Positions 20,100 through 29,713 of a DNA stretch of 64,000 nucleotides are shown here, one piece after another (position 1 is the first letter of the stretch; each line of letters opens with the position of its first letter). Source of the DNA: Pseudomonadota bacterium (GTDB taxonomy: Bacteria; Pseudomonadota; Gammaproteobacteria; Burkholderiales; Burkholderiaceae_D). The stretch covers positions 485 to 64,484 of the forward strand of contig JAZKBE010000032.1 of the NCBI GenBank assembly GCA_040388805.1. Reading direction: 5' to 3'. The translations under genes were made by a program, and so were the position numbers. Below the pieces are notes generated by a model, which worked only from the letters and a program-made list of their open reading frames with translations, made no database searches and was not told the DNA's origin.

Positions 20100-20141
20100 A
20101 GCGTGCACATCCTATAAAGCGCGCATCTCTGGAGACTTCGC

Positions 20142-23100
20142 ATGCGTATTCCCGGCCTGAGCGCCCTCGCCCTTTCCTTCAGCCTGCTCCTGTCCGCCTG
20201 CGGTGGCGGCGGTGGCGGCAGTACCCCCTCCCCGCTTCCCGTTCCGCCCACGCCCACCCCGCCCGTGGTGGTGGTGCCGCCGGTCGCCGTCGCCACGCTG
20301 CGCCTGCACTTCGCGCGCCTGCAGAACGATGCCGCGGCCTGGGGTGTGTACTCCTGGCAAGGCCCGGTCAAGCCCAGCGTCACCTGGATCACCGACCGTT
20401 TCCTGTTCGACAAGACCGACAGCTACGGCGGCTACGTCGATATCCCCCTCGATCCGGCCGCCACGGAATTCAAGTTCCTGGTCACCGATGGCAGCGGCAA
20501 CAAGAATTGCGGCAACGACCAGGTCCTGGCCATCGCCGCCACCATTGCCACCAAGGGCCAGGAAATCTGGCTGGCGCCCGGCGACTGCACCCTGCACACC
20601 AGCGCGCCCGTGATCTCGGCGGCGAAATTGAATGAAGCCTCGGCTTACTGGCTCAGCAGCACGACCCTGGCCTGGCCGGGCGCCTCCGCCAGCGGCAGCT
20701 TCAAGCTGTATTACGCCGCCAATGCCGGCATGCGCGGCAGCGCCAGCGGCATCGATGGCGCCGACGGCAGCTACACCCTGGCCCTCGACGCGGCCATGCC
20801 GGCCGCGCTGCAAACCCGCTTCCCGCACCTGAGGACGGCAGTCTCGCTCAGCCTGCCGGGCGTGGATGCCGCCACCGCGAAAACCCGCCTCAAGGGCCAG
20901 CTGGTGCTGGCGCAGTTCGACGCCACGGGCAAGATGGTCCAGGCCGTGTCGGTCCAGACCGCCGGCGTGCTCGACGATCTGTACGCCGCGGCGGCAGCCA
21001 ATATCGCCTTCGGCCCCAGCTTCAACAGCGCCGGCATCCCCACCATCCGGGTCTGGGCGCCGACCGCCAAGACGGTCAAGCTAAACCTGTACGCAGCGAC
21101 CACCGGCAGGTTCGACATGGTCGAAGACACGGCCAGCGGCACCTGGAGCTATACGGCGCCCGACGCCAGCGCCGTCAACAGCGCGTATTACACCTTCAAC
21201 GTCACCGTATTTTCACGCAACGCCGGCAATGCGGTGATCACCGCGGAAGCCACCGACCCGTATTCGGTAAGCACCAATGCGAATGGCCGGCGCAGCTTCC
21301 TGGCCAACCTGGCCAGCGCCGCCACCAAGCCGGCCGGCTGGGACGGCCATGCCATCCCGGCCCTGGCGCATGCCACCGATATCAGCCTGTACGAGCTGCA
21401 TGTACGCGACTTCAGCGCCAGCGACGCAACCGTGCCGGCCGCGCGCAAGGGCAAGTACCTGGCCTTCACCGATCCGGCCACGGCGGGCATGAAACACCTG
21501 GCCCTGCTGCGCCAGGCCGGCCTGACCCATATCCACCTGCTGCCGACCGCCGACATGGGCTCGATCGACGAATTGAACTGCACCACGCCGCTCATTCCCG
21601 CCGGCGCCGCCGACGGCGAGCAGCAGCAAGCCGCCGTGGCCGCCACGCGCAACAGCGATTGCTTCAACTGGGGCTACGATCCGCAACATTACAATGTGCC
21701 CGAAGGCGTGTACGCCACCGACGCCAACGACGGCCTGGTGCGCATCCGCGAATACCGCGCCATGGTCAAGGCCCTGCACGAGAGCGGCCTGCGGGTGGCG
21801 ATGGACGTGGTGTACAACCACACCGCGGCCGCCGGCCAGGACGAAAAATCCGTGCTCGACAAGCTGGTGCCCGGCTATTACTACCGGACCAACGCCACCG
21901 GCGGCATCACCGGCGACAGCTGCTGCGCCGACACCGCGCCCGAAAACGCCATGATGGGCAAGCTGGTGGTCGATTCGCTCAAGCTGTGGACCAGCGCCTA
22001 CCAGGTCGACAGCTTCCGCTTCGACATCATGGGCATGCTGCCCCTGGCCGTGCTCACGCGCGCCCAGGCCGAGCTCGACGCCGCGGCCGGCCGCCCGATC
22101 TACCTGTACGGCGAAGGCTGGAATTTCGGCACCGTGGAAAACGACAGCCGCTTCGTGCAGGCGCGCCAGGCGAACATGGCGGGCACCGGCATCGGCACCT
22201 TCAACGACCGCCTGCGCGATGCGGTGCGCGGCGGCGGCTGCTGCGATACCGGCACGGCCGTCATCAGCGAGCAAGGCTTCATCAATGGCGCCTTCCTCGA
22301 TCCGAATGCGCGCAGCAGCCAGAGCGCGAACGACTTGCTGCGCATGGCCGACCTGGTGCGCGTGGGCCTGTCGGGCAGCCTGAAAACCTACCGCCAGACC
22401 GACCGTTTCGGCGCCAGCAAGACCAATGCCGAGATCGACTATTTCGGGATGGGCGCCGGCTATGTGGGCATGCCGCAGGAAACCATCAACTACATCGAAG
22501 CGCATGACAACCAGACGCTGTTCGACATCAACGCCTTCAAGCTGCCTGCCGCCACCAGCAGCGCCGACCGGGTGCGGGTGCAAAACCTGGGCAATGCGAT
22601 CACCCTGCTGTCACAAGGCATTCCCTTCATCCATGCCGGCCAGGAATTGCTGCGCTCGAAATCGCTCGACCGCGACAGCTACAATGCGGGCGACTGGTTC
22701 AATGCCCTCGATTTCAGCTACCAGAGCAACAACTTCGGGGTGGGCTTGCCGTCCGCCGAGAAGAACCAGGAAAGCTGGTCGCTGATGCGCCCGGTGCTGG
22801 TCAATCCGCTGGCCAAGCCGGCGCCGGCCCAGATCCTGGCCACGCGCAACAACTTCATCGACATGCTGGCCATCCGCAGCGACAGCAGCCTGTTCCGCCT
22901 GCGCACGGCCGACGAAGTGTCGCAGCGCCTGCGCTTCTACAATGTGGGACCGGCCCAGGTGCCGGGCGTGATCGTGTTGCGCATCGATGGACAGGCGCCA
23001 GCCTACCCGGGCGCGAAGTACAAGAGCGTGGTGGTGGTGTTCAATGCGGACAAGGCCGCCACGACCCTGACCATTGGCGAACTCAAGGGCCTGGGACTGG

Positions 23101-23219
23101 CGCTGCATCCGGTCCAGCTGGCGTCGTCGGCCGACGCCGTGGTCAAGACCGCCAGCTACAACAACGCCACCGGCGCCTTCAGCATTCCGCCAAGAACGAC
23201 GGCGGTGTTCGTGGAGTAA
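20142..23219 (+). CDS. Pullulanase-type alpha-1,6-glucosidase lipoprotein (GH13, PulA-like)
   Basis: Lipobox LLSAC, Gly/Pro linker, CBM41-like N-domain, YELHVRDFS, FNWGYDP; intact catalytic triad FRFDIMG / YGEGWN / EAHDN. Confidence 0.9.
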   Translation: MRIPGLSALALSFSLLLSACGGGGGGSTPSPLPVPPTPTPPVVVVPPVAVATLRLHFARLQNDAAAWGVYSWQGPVKPSVTWITDRFLFDKTDSYGGYVDIPLDPAATEFKFLVTDGSGNKNCGNDQVLAIAATIATKGQEIWLAPGDCTLHTSAPVISAAKLNEASAYWLSSTTLAWPGASASGSFKLYYAANAGMRGSASGIDGADGSYTLALDAAMPAALQTRFPHLRTAVSLSLPGVDAATAKTRLKGQLVLAQFDATGKMVQAVSVQTAGVLDDLYAAAAANIAFGPSFNSAGIPTIRVWAPTAKTVKLNLYAATTGRFDMVEDTASGTWSYTAPDASAVNSAYYTFNVTVFSRNAGNAVITAEATDPYSVSTNANGRRSFLANLASAATKPAGWDGHAIPALAHATDISLYELHVRDFSASDATVPAARKGKYLAFTDPATAGMKHLALLRQAGLTHIHLLPTADMGSIDELNCTTPLIPAGAADGEQQQAAVAATRNSDCFNWGYDPQHYNVPEGVYATDANDGLVRIREYRAMVKALHESGLRVAMDVVYNHTAAAGQDEKSVLDKLVPGYYYRTNATGGITGDSCCADTAPENAMMGKLVVDSLKLWTSAYQVDSFRFDIMGMLPLAVLTRAQAELDAAAGRPIYLYGEGWNFGTVENDSRFVQARQANMAGTGIGTFNDRLRDAVRGGGCCDTGTAVISEQGFINGAFLDPNARSSQSANDLLRMADLVRVGLSGSLKTYRQTDRFGASKTNAEIDYFGMGAGYVGMPQETINYIEAHDNQTLFDINAFKLPAATSSADRVRVQNLGNAITLLSQGIPFIHAGQELLRSKSLDRDSYNAGDWFNALDFSYQSNNFGVGLPSAEKNQESWSLMRPVLVNPLAKPAPAQILATRNNFIDMLAIRSDSSLFRLRTADEVSQRLRFYNVGPAQVPGVIVLRIDGQAPAYPGAKYKSVVVVFNADKAATTLTIGELKGLGLALHPVQLASSADAVVKTASYNNATGAFSIPPRTTAVFVE

Positions 23220-24158
23220 TCAGCCTTCGCTGACGATGCGCTGAATCAGGGCGCCCTGCACATCGTCGGCCAGTTCGTTCGATACCTGGCAGGTACCGGC
23301 GTTCTCGTGCCCGCCGCCACCGTACTCGAGCATCAGCGCACCGATATTGGTGCGCGAGGTCCGGTTCAGGATCGACTTGCCGGTGGCGAACACCGTGTTC
23401 TGGTTTTTCAAGCCCCACAGCACGTGGATCGAGATATTCGTTTCCGGATACATGGCGTAGATGATGAAGCGGTTGCCGGCGAAGATGGTCTCTTCCTGGC
23501 GCAGGTCGAGCACGACCAGGTTCTTGTGCACGGTGGCGCAGCGCCGGATCTGGTCCTTGCATTTTTCGCTGTGCTCGAAATACAGGTCCTTGCGCTCCTT
23601 CACGTCCGGCAGCGCCATGATTTCGTCTATCGTATGGTTTTTGCAATAGTCGATCAAGTCCATCATCAGGCTGTAGTTCGAGATGCGGAAATCGCGGAAG
23701 CGGCCCAGGCCGGTGCGCGCATCCATCAGGAAGTTGAGCAAGTCCCAGCCTTGCGGATCGAGCACTTCCTGCTCGTTGAAGCGGGCCGCATCGCCCTTGT
23801 CGACCGCGGCCATCATGTCGAACCAGGATGCCGGGAAGGCCGAGGCGCCGCCGTAGTAGTCGTACACCACGCGCGCCGCCGAAGGCGCTTCGGGGTGGAT
23901 GATGTGGTTGTCGCGCTCGCCCTTGTTGCGGATCGTCTCGGACAAATGGTGGTCAAACGCCAGATGCACCCCCGCCACGAAGGGGAGATTGGTGGTGATG
24001 TCATTGTCGCTGATGGCAATTTTGCCGTCCTGCATGTCTTTCGGATGCACAAACAGGATCTCGTCGATCAGGTCCAGGTGTTTCAACAGGACCGCGCAGA
24101 CCAGTCCGTCAAAATCGCTACGCGTTACCAGACGGAACTTCTTCGCTTCAGCAGACAT
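23220..24158 (-). CDS. DHH/DHHA1 family phosphoesterase (nanoRNase / exopolyphosphatase-like)
   Basis: TRSDFDG, FDHH and C-terminal GGGHENAGTC motifs. Start ATG at 24158 (MSAEAKKFRLV). Confidence 0.82.
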   Translation of the reverse strand: MSAEAKKFRLVTRSDFDGLVCAVLLKHLDLIDEILFVHPKDMQDGKIAISDNDITTNLPFVAGVHLAFDHHLSETIRNKGERDNHIIHPEAPSAARVVYDYYGGASAFPASWFDMMAAVDKGDAARFNEQEVLDPQGWDLLNFLMDARTGLGRFRDFRISNYSLMMDLIDYCKNHTIDEIMALPDVKERKDLYFEHSEKCKDQIRRCATVHKNLVVLDLRQEETIFAGNRFIIYAMYPETNISIHVLWGLKNQNTVFATGKSILNRTSRTNIGALMLEYGGGGHENAGTCQVSNELADDVQGALIQRIVSEG

Positions 24159-24421
24159 TTTCCAACCCCTTTCAAAGGATGTTTCAGGCCGACGATAAGC
24201 CATAATACCGCGCAATATTGTCGCTGCACAGAGAATGTGGGCTGCATTCCAGGCGCCGATTCCTGCAGACTGTCGCAAACGCGGGGCCGGGCGCGGCGCG
24301 CCGGGATAAAGTTGCATCATCCCAACAAGATTGTCGATCCTGTAGGGGTTTTCGCAACGCCGGGCGTTTTAGCCTTACACTCGCCGCTTGCATCATCATT
24401 GCCGATCCGGAAATACTGAAC

Positions 24422-25645
24422 ATGCCAGCACGCCGTCTCTTGCAGCAACACCTTGCCACCGTCCTCGCCTGGCTGCACCGCGCCTTCGACGCGACCTCGA
24501 CCTGGGTGAGTCAATTGTCGTGGTGGAAATTTTTACTGGTGGCTGCGCTCTCCCTGTGGGCCGCCAATATCTTGCAGGATGAATTGTTTTCCGGGTCCGA
24601 GGAAGTGGTGGTCCGCGCCGACAGTCCCAAGCGCAAGGGCCAGCCCGACAGCAATATCCTGATCGACGACAGCGGCATCCACTTCAATCCGAGGAAGCCG
24701 GTCCGCCCGCCCGTCCCTCCGGTGGCGCCGGAAGCGCCCGAACCGCCTGCCCGCGCCGCCGGCGGCGGCGCGTCGGCGCCGGGGCCGGGCGAATCGGTGC
24801 ACATCGAACTGCCGCCGCAAATCGGCGAAGAATTGTCGAATGCGATCGAGATGGCCGTCGAAAGCGCGGCCGAGGAAAAAGTCACGCGCTACCACAAGCA
24901 AGCCTCGACCTGGTTCATCAGTTTCGTGACCCTGCTGATCCTGGCCTTGCTGGCCATGAAAGCCCTGGTCGGCGGCAAGAAGCGCGCCGAAGCCGAAACC
25001 ATGACGGCCAACGCCGCCGCCGAACGCGCATCGATGCAGCGCCAGCTGTCCGAAACCAAGATGCAGATGATGCAAGCCCAGGTCGAGCCCCATTTCCTGT
25101 TCAATACCCTGGCCTCGGTCGAATACCTGATCGAAACCAATCCGCCGCGCGCGTCCGCCATGCAGCGCAGCCTGATCCAGTACCTGCGCGCGGTCTTGCC
25201 GCAAATGCGGGACAACGCCGTCGTCACCAACCTGGGGCGCGAGGCCGACATGGTCAAGGCTTACCTGAACCTGCTGAAAATGCGCATGGAAGAACGCCTG
25301 ATCGTCGACATGCAGATCCCGGAAGGTTTGCGCACGGCCGCCTTCCCGCCCATGATGCTGCAATCGATGGTCGAGAACGCCATCAAGCATGGCCTCGAAT
25401 GCAAGGAAGAAGGCGGCACCCTGAAAATCGTGGCCGACGTGGCCGGCAACAAGCTGCGCGTGATCGTCACCGATGACGGCGTCGGCTTCGGCGTGGTGCC
25501 CAGCGACGGCACCGGCCTGGGCTTGCCGACCATCCGCGAACGGCTCAAGCTCCTGCACGGCGACCAGGGCCAGTTGCACATCGCCGCCAACACGCCCAGC
25601 GGCGTGATTGCGACGATCGAAGTGCCCTTCCAGCTGTCCAAGTAA
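24422..25645 (+). CDS. LytS-type sensor histidine kinase
   Basis: Two TM segments around a Pro-rich region; QAQVEPHFLFNTL, QSMVENAIKHG and DDGVG motifs. Start ATG at 24422. Confidence 0.88.
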   Translation: MPARRLLQQHLATVLAWLHRAFDATSTWVSQLSWWKFLLVAALSLWAANILQDELFSGSEEVVVRADSPKRKGQPDSNILIDDSGIHFNPRKPVRPPVPPVAPEAPEPPARAAGGGASAPGPGESVHIELPPQIGEELSNAIEMAVESAAEEKVTRYHKQASTWFISFVTLLILALLAMKALVGGKKRAEAETMTANAAAERASMQRQLSETKMQMMQAQVEPHFLFNTLASVEYLIETNPPRASAMQRSLIQYLRAVLPQMRDNAVVTNLGREADMVKAYLNLLKMRMEERLIVDMQIPEGLRTAAFPPMMLQSMVENAIKHGLECKEEGGTLKIVADVAGNKLRVIVTDDGVGFGVVPSDGTGLGLPTIRERLKLLHGDQGQLHIAANTPSGVIATIEVPFQLSK

Positions 25646-25710
25646 TACATTGATTTACGCGCCGTTTCATTGAATAATCAGCACTCTTCTCTTTTTGTCT
25701 AGCCTGGACC

Positions 25711-26472
25711 ATGCCTACAGCAATCATTGCCGACGATGAACGATTAATGCGGGACCAGCTGCGCATGCGCCTGTCGCAAGTGTGGCCGGAACTGGAAATC
25801 ATCGGCGAGGCAAAAAATGGCGACGAAGCCATCGACCTGGTGAACCAGCTCAAGCCCGACCTGACCTTCCTCGACATCCGCATGCCCGGCAAGACCGGCA
25901 TGGATGCGGCGCGCGCCATCGGCAACAAGAGCAATATCGTGTTCGTCACCGCCTACGACCAGTACGCGGTGGAAGCCTTCGAGCGCGGCGCGGTCGACTA
26001 CGTGCTCAAGCCGCCCGAGCAGGAGCGCCTGCAGGTGACGGTGGACCGCCTCAAGCAGCGCCTGGCCAAGCCCAAGGAAGCCGTCAACGAGAGCGTGACG
26101 GCCATGCTGTCGCAGCTGGCCGAAAAAATGGCCGCGCCCAAGCCGGCCTACCTGCAATGGATACAGGCGAGCATCGGCCAGGACTTGCGCATGATCCCGG
26201 TCGAGGAAATCCTGTTCTTCCGCTCCGACGAAAAATACACCTGCGTGCAGACCGACAAGTTCGAGGCCCTGATCCGCAAGCCCGTGCGCGACCTGGCCGA
26301 AGAACTCGACCCGGCCCTGTTCTGGCAAATCCACCGCGCCACCCTGGTCAATGTGAATGCCATCGAAGGCGTCACGCGCGACATCCGGGGCCGCCACCTG
26401 GTGCTCATCAAAGGCAAGACCGACAAGCTCGAAGTCTCGCGCAGCTTCCTGCACCTGTTCAAGCAGATGTGA
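25711..26472 (+). CDS. LytTR family response regulator
   Basis: REC (IADDE, FLDIRMP, FVTAYD) plus LytTR (FWQIHRATLVN, VSRS). Confidence 0.93.
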   Translation: MPTAIIADDERLMRDQLRMRLSQVWPELEIIGEAKNGDEAIDLVNQLKPDLTFLDIRMPGKTGMDAARAIGNKSNIVFVTAYDQYAVEAFERGAVDYVLKPPEQERLQVTVDRLKQRLAKPKEAVNESVTAMLSQLAEKMAAPKPAYLQWIQASIGQDLRMIPVEEILFFRSDEKYTCVQTDKFEALIRKPVRDLAEELDPALFWQIHRATLVNVNAIEGVTRDIRGRHLVLIKGKTDKLEVSRSFLHLFKQM

Positions 26473-26555
26473 GCAAGCGCAAGTTGCGCCACCCCGCTTT
26501 GCCATAAGCTGAAGGTGGGCGCGCATTCGCGCGCCACCAACGGCAGGCACGCTTC

Positions 26556-27797
26556 ATGACATTCAAGCGGCATTCGCGCTTTCGCTGGAGCCCGCTCATG
26601 TTCGTGCTGGGCCTGGCGGTCGCGCATACACTGGCAAAAACACTGGCGCGCGGCAAGGGTCCGCGCTTTGCGCGCAGCCACAGCGGCGACATCATCCACA
26701 ACGCCAGCGAAGCCATCATTTCCACCGACGATACCCAAACCGTGGTGCTGGCCAATCCGTCGGCGGCCGCCATGTTTTCCACCTGCGTGGCCAGCATGCA
26801 GGGCAGCCACCTGAGCACCTTCATCCATCCCCTGCCCACCACGCCGCCCGACGCCACCCAGGCCTATTTCGGCGACGCGGCCGGGCGCGCCGGACGCCGC
26901 GCCACCGATTACGCCGTCACCGGCATGCGCGCCAACGGCGACACCTTCCCGCTGGAAGGCTCGGTCTCGACCATGGTCGAGGGCGGCAAGACTATCAATA
27001 CCATCATCCTGCGCGACATCACCGAGCGCCAGCTGGTCCAGGAAAAGCTGTCGCGCTCGCACGCCCAGCTGCGCCAGCTGTCGAGCGCCCTGCAAACCGT
27101 GCGCGAGGAAGAACGCGCCCATATCGCGCGCGAACTGCATGACGACCTGGGCCAGTTGCTGGCCTCGCTGCGCATGGACCTGGCGCTCCTGAAAAAAAAT
27201 GCGGAACACGGCGCGCCCGCGCAAGGCTTGATCAGGGGCATGGAAGAAAATCTGCTCACGGCCATCACCTCGCTGCGCCGCATCGCCACCAACCTGCGCC
27301 CGCGCGCGCTCGACGAGGGCGGCCTGTTTTTCGCCCTGCAAGGCTTGCGCGACGAATTCGTCGAACGCCATGGCGTCGCCTGCGCCCTGTTCGCCGACGA
27401 AGCCGAACTGCGCCTCGACGACGCCGCCAGCACCGCCATTTTCCGCATCGTCCAGGAAGCGCTCACCAATATCGCCCGCCATGCCGACGCCAGCAACGTC
27501 ACCCTGGCCTTGTACCGGCTCGACAGCCAGCTGCTCATCTCCATCCGCGACGACGGGCGCGGCATCCAGGCCGCCGATTTCGACAAAGCCCAGTCCCTGG
27601 GCCTGATCGGCATGCGCGAGCGGGTCTGGGGCATGCAGGGCGACATCACCGTCAGCGGCGACGAACCGCCCGGCACCCGCATCGATATCGTGCTGCCGCT
27701 GCATGAAAAAAAGGACGACGTCAATCCGCTTCCGGACCCGGGCGTTTCTCCCACGGAACGCCATCGCAACGCCCCGCACCCCCCAATTTCGTCATAA
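26556..27797 (+). CDS. PAS-domain NarX/UhpB-type (HisKA_3) histidine kinase
   Basis: PAS (HNASEAII...ANPSAAAMF), ARELHDDLGQ, QEALTNIARHA, DDGRG and GLIGMRER motifs. Start uncertain. Confidence 0.85.
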   Translation: MTFKRHSRFRWSPLMFVLGLAVAHTLAKTLARGKGPRFARSHSGDIIHNASEAIISTDDTQTVVLANPSAAAMFSTCVASMQGSHLSTFIHPLPTTPPDATQAYFGDAAGRAGRRATDYAVTGMRANGDTFPLEGSVSTMVEGGKTINTIILRDITERQLVQEKLSRSHAQLRQLSSALQTVREEERAHIARELHDDLGQLLASLRMDLALLKKNAEHGAPAQGLIRGMEENLLTAITSLRRIATNLRPRALDEGGLFFALQGLRDEFVERHGVACALFADEAELRLDDAASTAIFRIVQEALTNIARHADASNVTLALYRLDSQLLISIRDDGRGIQAADFDKAQSLGLIGMRERVWGMQGDITVSGDEPPGTRIDIVLPLHEKKDDVNPLPDPGVSPTERHRNAPHPPISS

Positions 27798-27982
27798 GCA
27801 CACACTTTATTTTGCGCTTTCGCCTTTTAACAGGCGAATATTTTGCTTTTTGTACATCGTCGCATTTGCGCCACAAAAAAAGCTTGTAAGGAAGTTGAAA
27901 TATTTTCTAGTTATACTTCCACGTGATTAAAAGTAAAACTGGTTAATCACTCACTACTTGAAACACTCTTGGAGATTCAAAA

Positions 27983-28987
27983 ATGCAAAAAAATATGTTG
28001 GCAATCGCTGTCCTGGCATCCCTGTCCCTGGTCGCTTCGGCCCAATCGAGCGTGGTTGTGTACGGCGTTGTCGATGCATCGGTTGCGAAAGAAGACACCG
28101 GCCTGATCAGCCGCACCATCATGGCTTCCGGTAACCAGTCGGCCAGCCGTGTTGGCTTTCGCGGCGTGGAAGACCTTGGCAACGGTTTGAAAGGCATCTT
28201 CAACCTGGAAGCAGGCTTAGCCGTCGATACTGGCGCAGCCGATTCGGTCCTGTTCGGCCGCCGCGCCGTCGTTGGCCTGCAAGGCAGCTTCGGAACCGTG
28301 ACCCTGGGTCGTGAATACACCCCGATCGCCGATGTCGCCAAGGCTAGCGATATTTTCGACCAGGGCTTCTACGGCACCAACTTGTCGTCCTTCGGTGGCG
28401 GCAAGCTGACTCGCCGTATCAGCAATTCGGTCAACTACCGTTCGGCAAGCATGTCCGGCTTCAAGTTCGGCGCATCGTATGGCCTGGGTGAAATTGCCAC
28501 CGGCCCGTCGCAAAACCTGGCTGGCGTCTCGGCCGAGTACACCATCGGCGGCCTGTACCTCGGCGCTGGCTATCACACCTTTGAGCGTATTGCTGCGGGC
28601 GACGACAAGGAAATGATCCTCGGCGCTGGCTACAAGATTGGCAAGTTCGAAGTGCGCGGCAACTACATGAACGCCGATATCAAGCTCGGTGCGGAATACG
28701 AGCAGACCAATCTGGGCGCGTCGTACACGATGGATGCGAACAAGTTCATGTTCAACTACACCCGCAACGAACTGTCGACCGGCGCAAAGGGCACTGGCCT
28801 GTCCTTCGCTTACTCCTATACGCTGTCGAAGCGCACCAACGTGTACGCAGCAGCATCGAAGATGAGCAACAACAACCTGGGCACTTTTGGCATCTTCTCG
28901 GCCGGCAGCAACTTCGCGCCGACTGGCGCTGGTGCCGCAGGCAAAGATCCGATGGGCTACACCATCGGTCTGCGTCACTCGTTCTAA
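27983..28987 (+). CDS. Outer membrane porin (Gram-negative / OmpC-GBP family)
   Basis: Signal peptide, SVVVYGVVD, SRVGFRGVEDLGNGLK, YTLSKRT and terminal GLRHSF. Confidence 0.93.
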   Translation: MQKNMLAIAVLASLSLVASAQSSVVVYGVVDASVAKEDTGLISRTIMASGNQSASRVGFRGVEDLGNGLKGIFNLEAGLAVDTGAADSVLFGRRAVVGLQGSFGTVTLGREYTPIADVAKASDIFDQGFYGTNLSSFGGGKLTRRISNSVNYRSASMSGFKFGASYGLGEIATGPSQNLAGVSAEYTIGGLYLGAGYHTFERIAAGDDKEMILGAGYKIGKFEVRGNYMNADIKLGAEYEQTNLGASYTMDANKFMFNYTRNELSTGAKGTGLSFAYSYTLSKRTNVYAAASKMSNNNLGTFGIFSAGSNFAPTGAGAAGKDPMGYTIGLRHSF

Positions 28988-29003
28988 GCATCTGGCAACA
29001 AGT

Positions 29004-29043
29004 AAAAAGCGCACGGGGTGATGTCACCGCGTGCGCTTTTTTT
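29004..29043. terminator. Bidirectional intrinsic terminator
   Basis: AAAAAGCGCACG...CGTGCGCTTTTTTT between the convergent porin and methyltransferase genes. Confidence 0.85.
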
Positions 29044-29693
29044 CATTTCAGCCTGGATGTCAGCATCCAGTAGTATTCCAGCCGCACGATTTTGATTTCA
29101 CGCACGGACGAGGCCAGCTTCTTGCGCAGCGCGCTGTCCGACGGATAGGTCTTGGGGATCTCGTAGCGCTCGCCGTCGGGCGTGGTGCGGATCTGGTAGG
29201 TATTGCCTTCCATATCGGTGCGGGCCACGGTGTCGCTGCTGCCTTCCACGTAGGCGTCGTCGAGCAGCACGATGAACATGTCCTTGCCCACTTTGCCACG
29301 CAGCTTCGCCAGGAAGCGCTCCTGCTCTTCACGCTTGACGTGCGACCACCAGAAGCCGATGAACACGGCCGTGAAGTCGCCCAGGTCGTCGGGCAGGTCC
29401 CAGGCATCGGCCACGCGCAGGGTGACCTTGTCGCTCGGGAGCGCGCGCAGCCGCGCCATGGCGATCATTTCCGGATTGATGTCGGTGGCCACCACATGGT
29501 CGGCCACCCCGGCCAGGATGCGGGTCCAGTAGCCGGTGCCGCAGGCCAGCTCCAGCACGGTATGGCCGCGCAGGGTGTCGGCCACATGGCCATGCATGGC
29601 TTTCAGGTCGTCCTGCCGCTCGGGACGGTCGTAAATGCGATCGTGGTTGGAGGCGCTCTTGGCGTAATACTGTGCGGATTGTTCGGTAATCAT
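29043..29693 (-). CDS. Class I SAM-dependent methyltransferase
   Basis: Motif I VLELACGTGYW, VVATDINPEM, VADAW. Confidence 0.85.
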   Translation of the reverse strand: MITEQSAQYYAKSASNHDRIYDRPERQDDLKAMHGHVADTLRGHTVLELACGTGYWTRILAGVADHVVATDINPEMIAMARLRALPSDKVTLRVADAWDLPDDLGDFTAVFIGFWWSHVKREEQERFLAKLRGKVGKDMFIVLLDDAYVEGSSDTVARTDMEGNTYQIRTTPDGERYEIPKTYPSDSALRKKLASSVREIKIVRLEYYWMLTSRLK

Positions 29694-29713
29694 GTTTTTC
29701 TTCGGTGTGCTGC

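Noticed and set aside
24312-24397. TTGCATCATC direct repeat as a LytTR binding site
   Set aside because: The spacing (about 76 bp) and sequence do not fit LytTR repeats, which have a period of about 21-22 bp.
27800-28987. Lower GC of the porin region as horizontal transfer
   Set aside because: It is explained by highly-expressed-gene codon usage and an AT-rich promoter, and there are no mobility signs.
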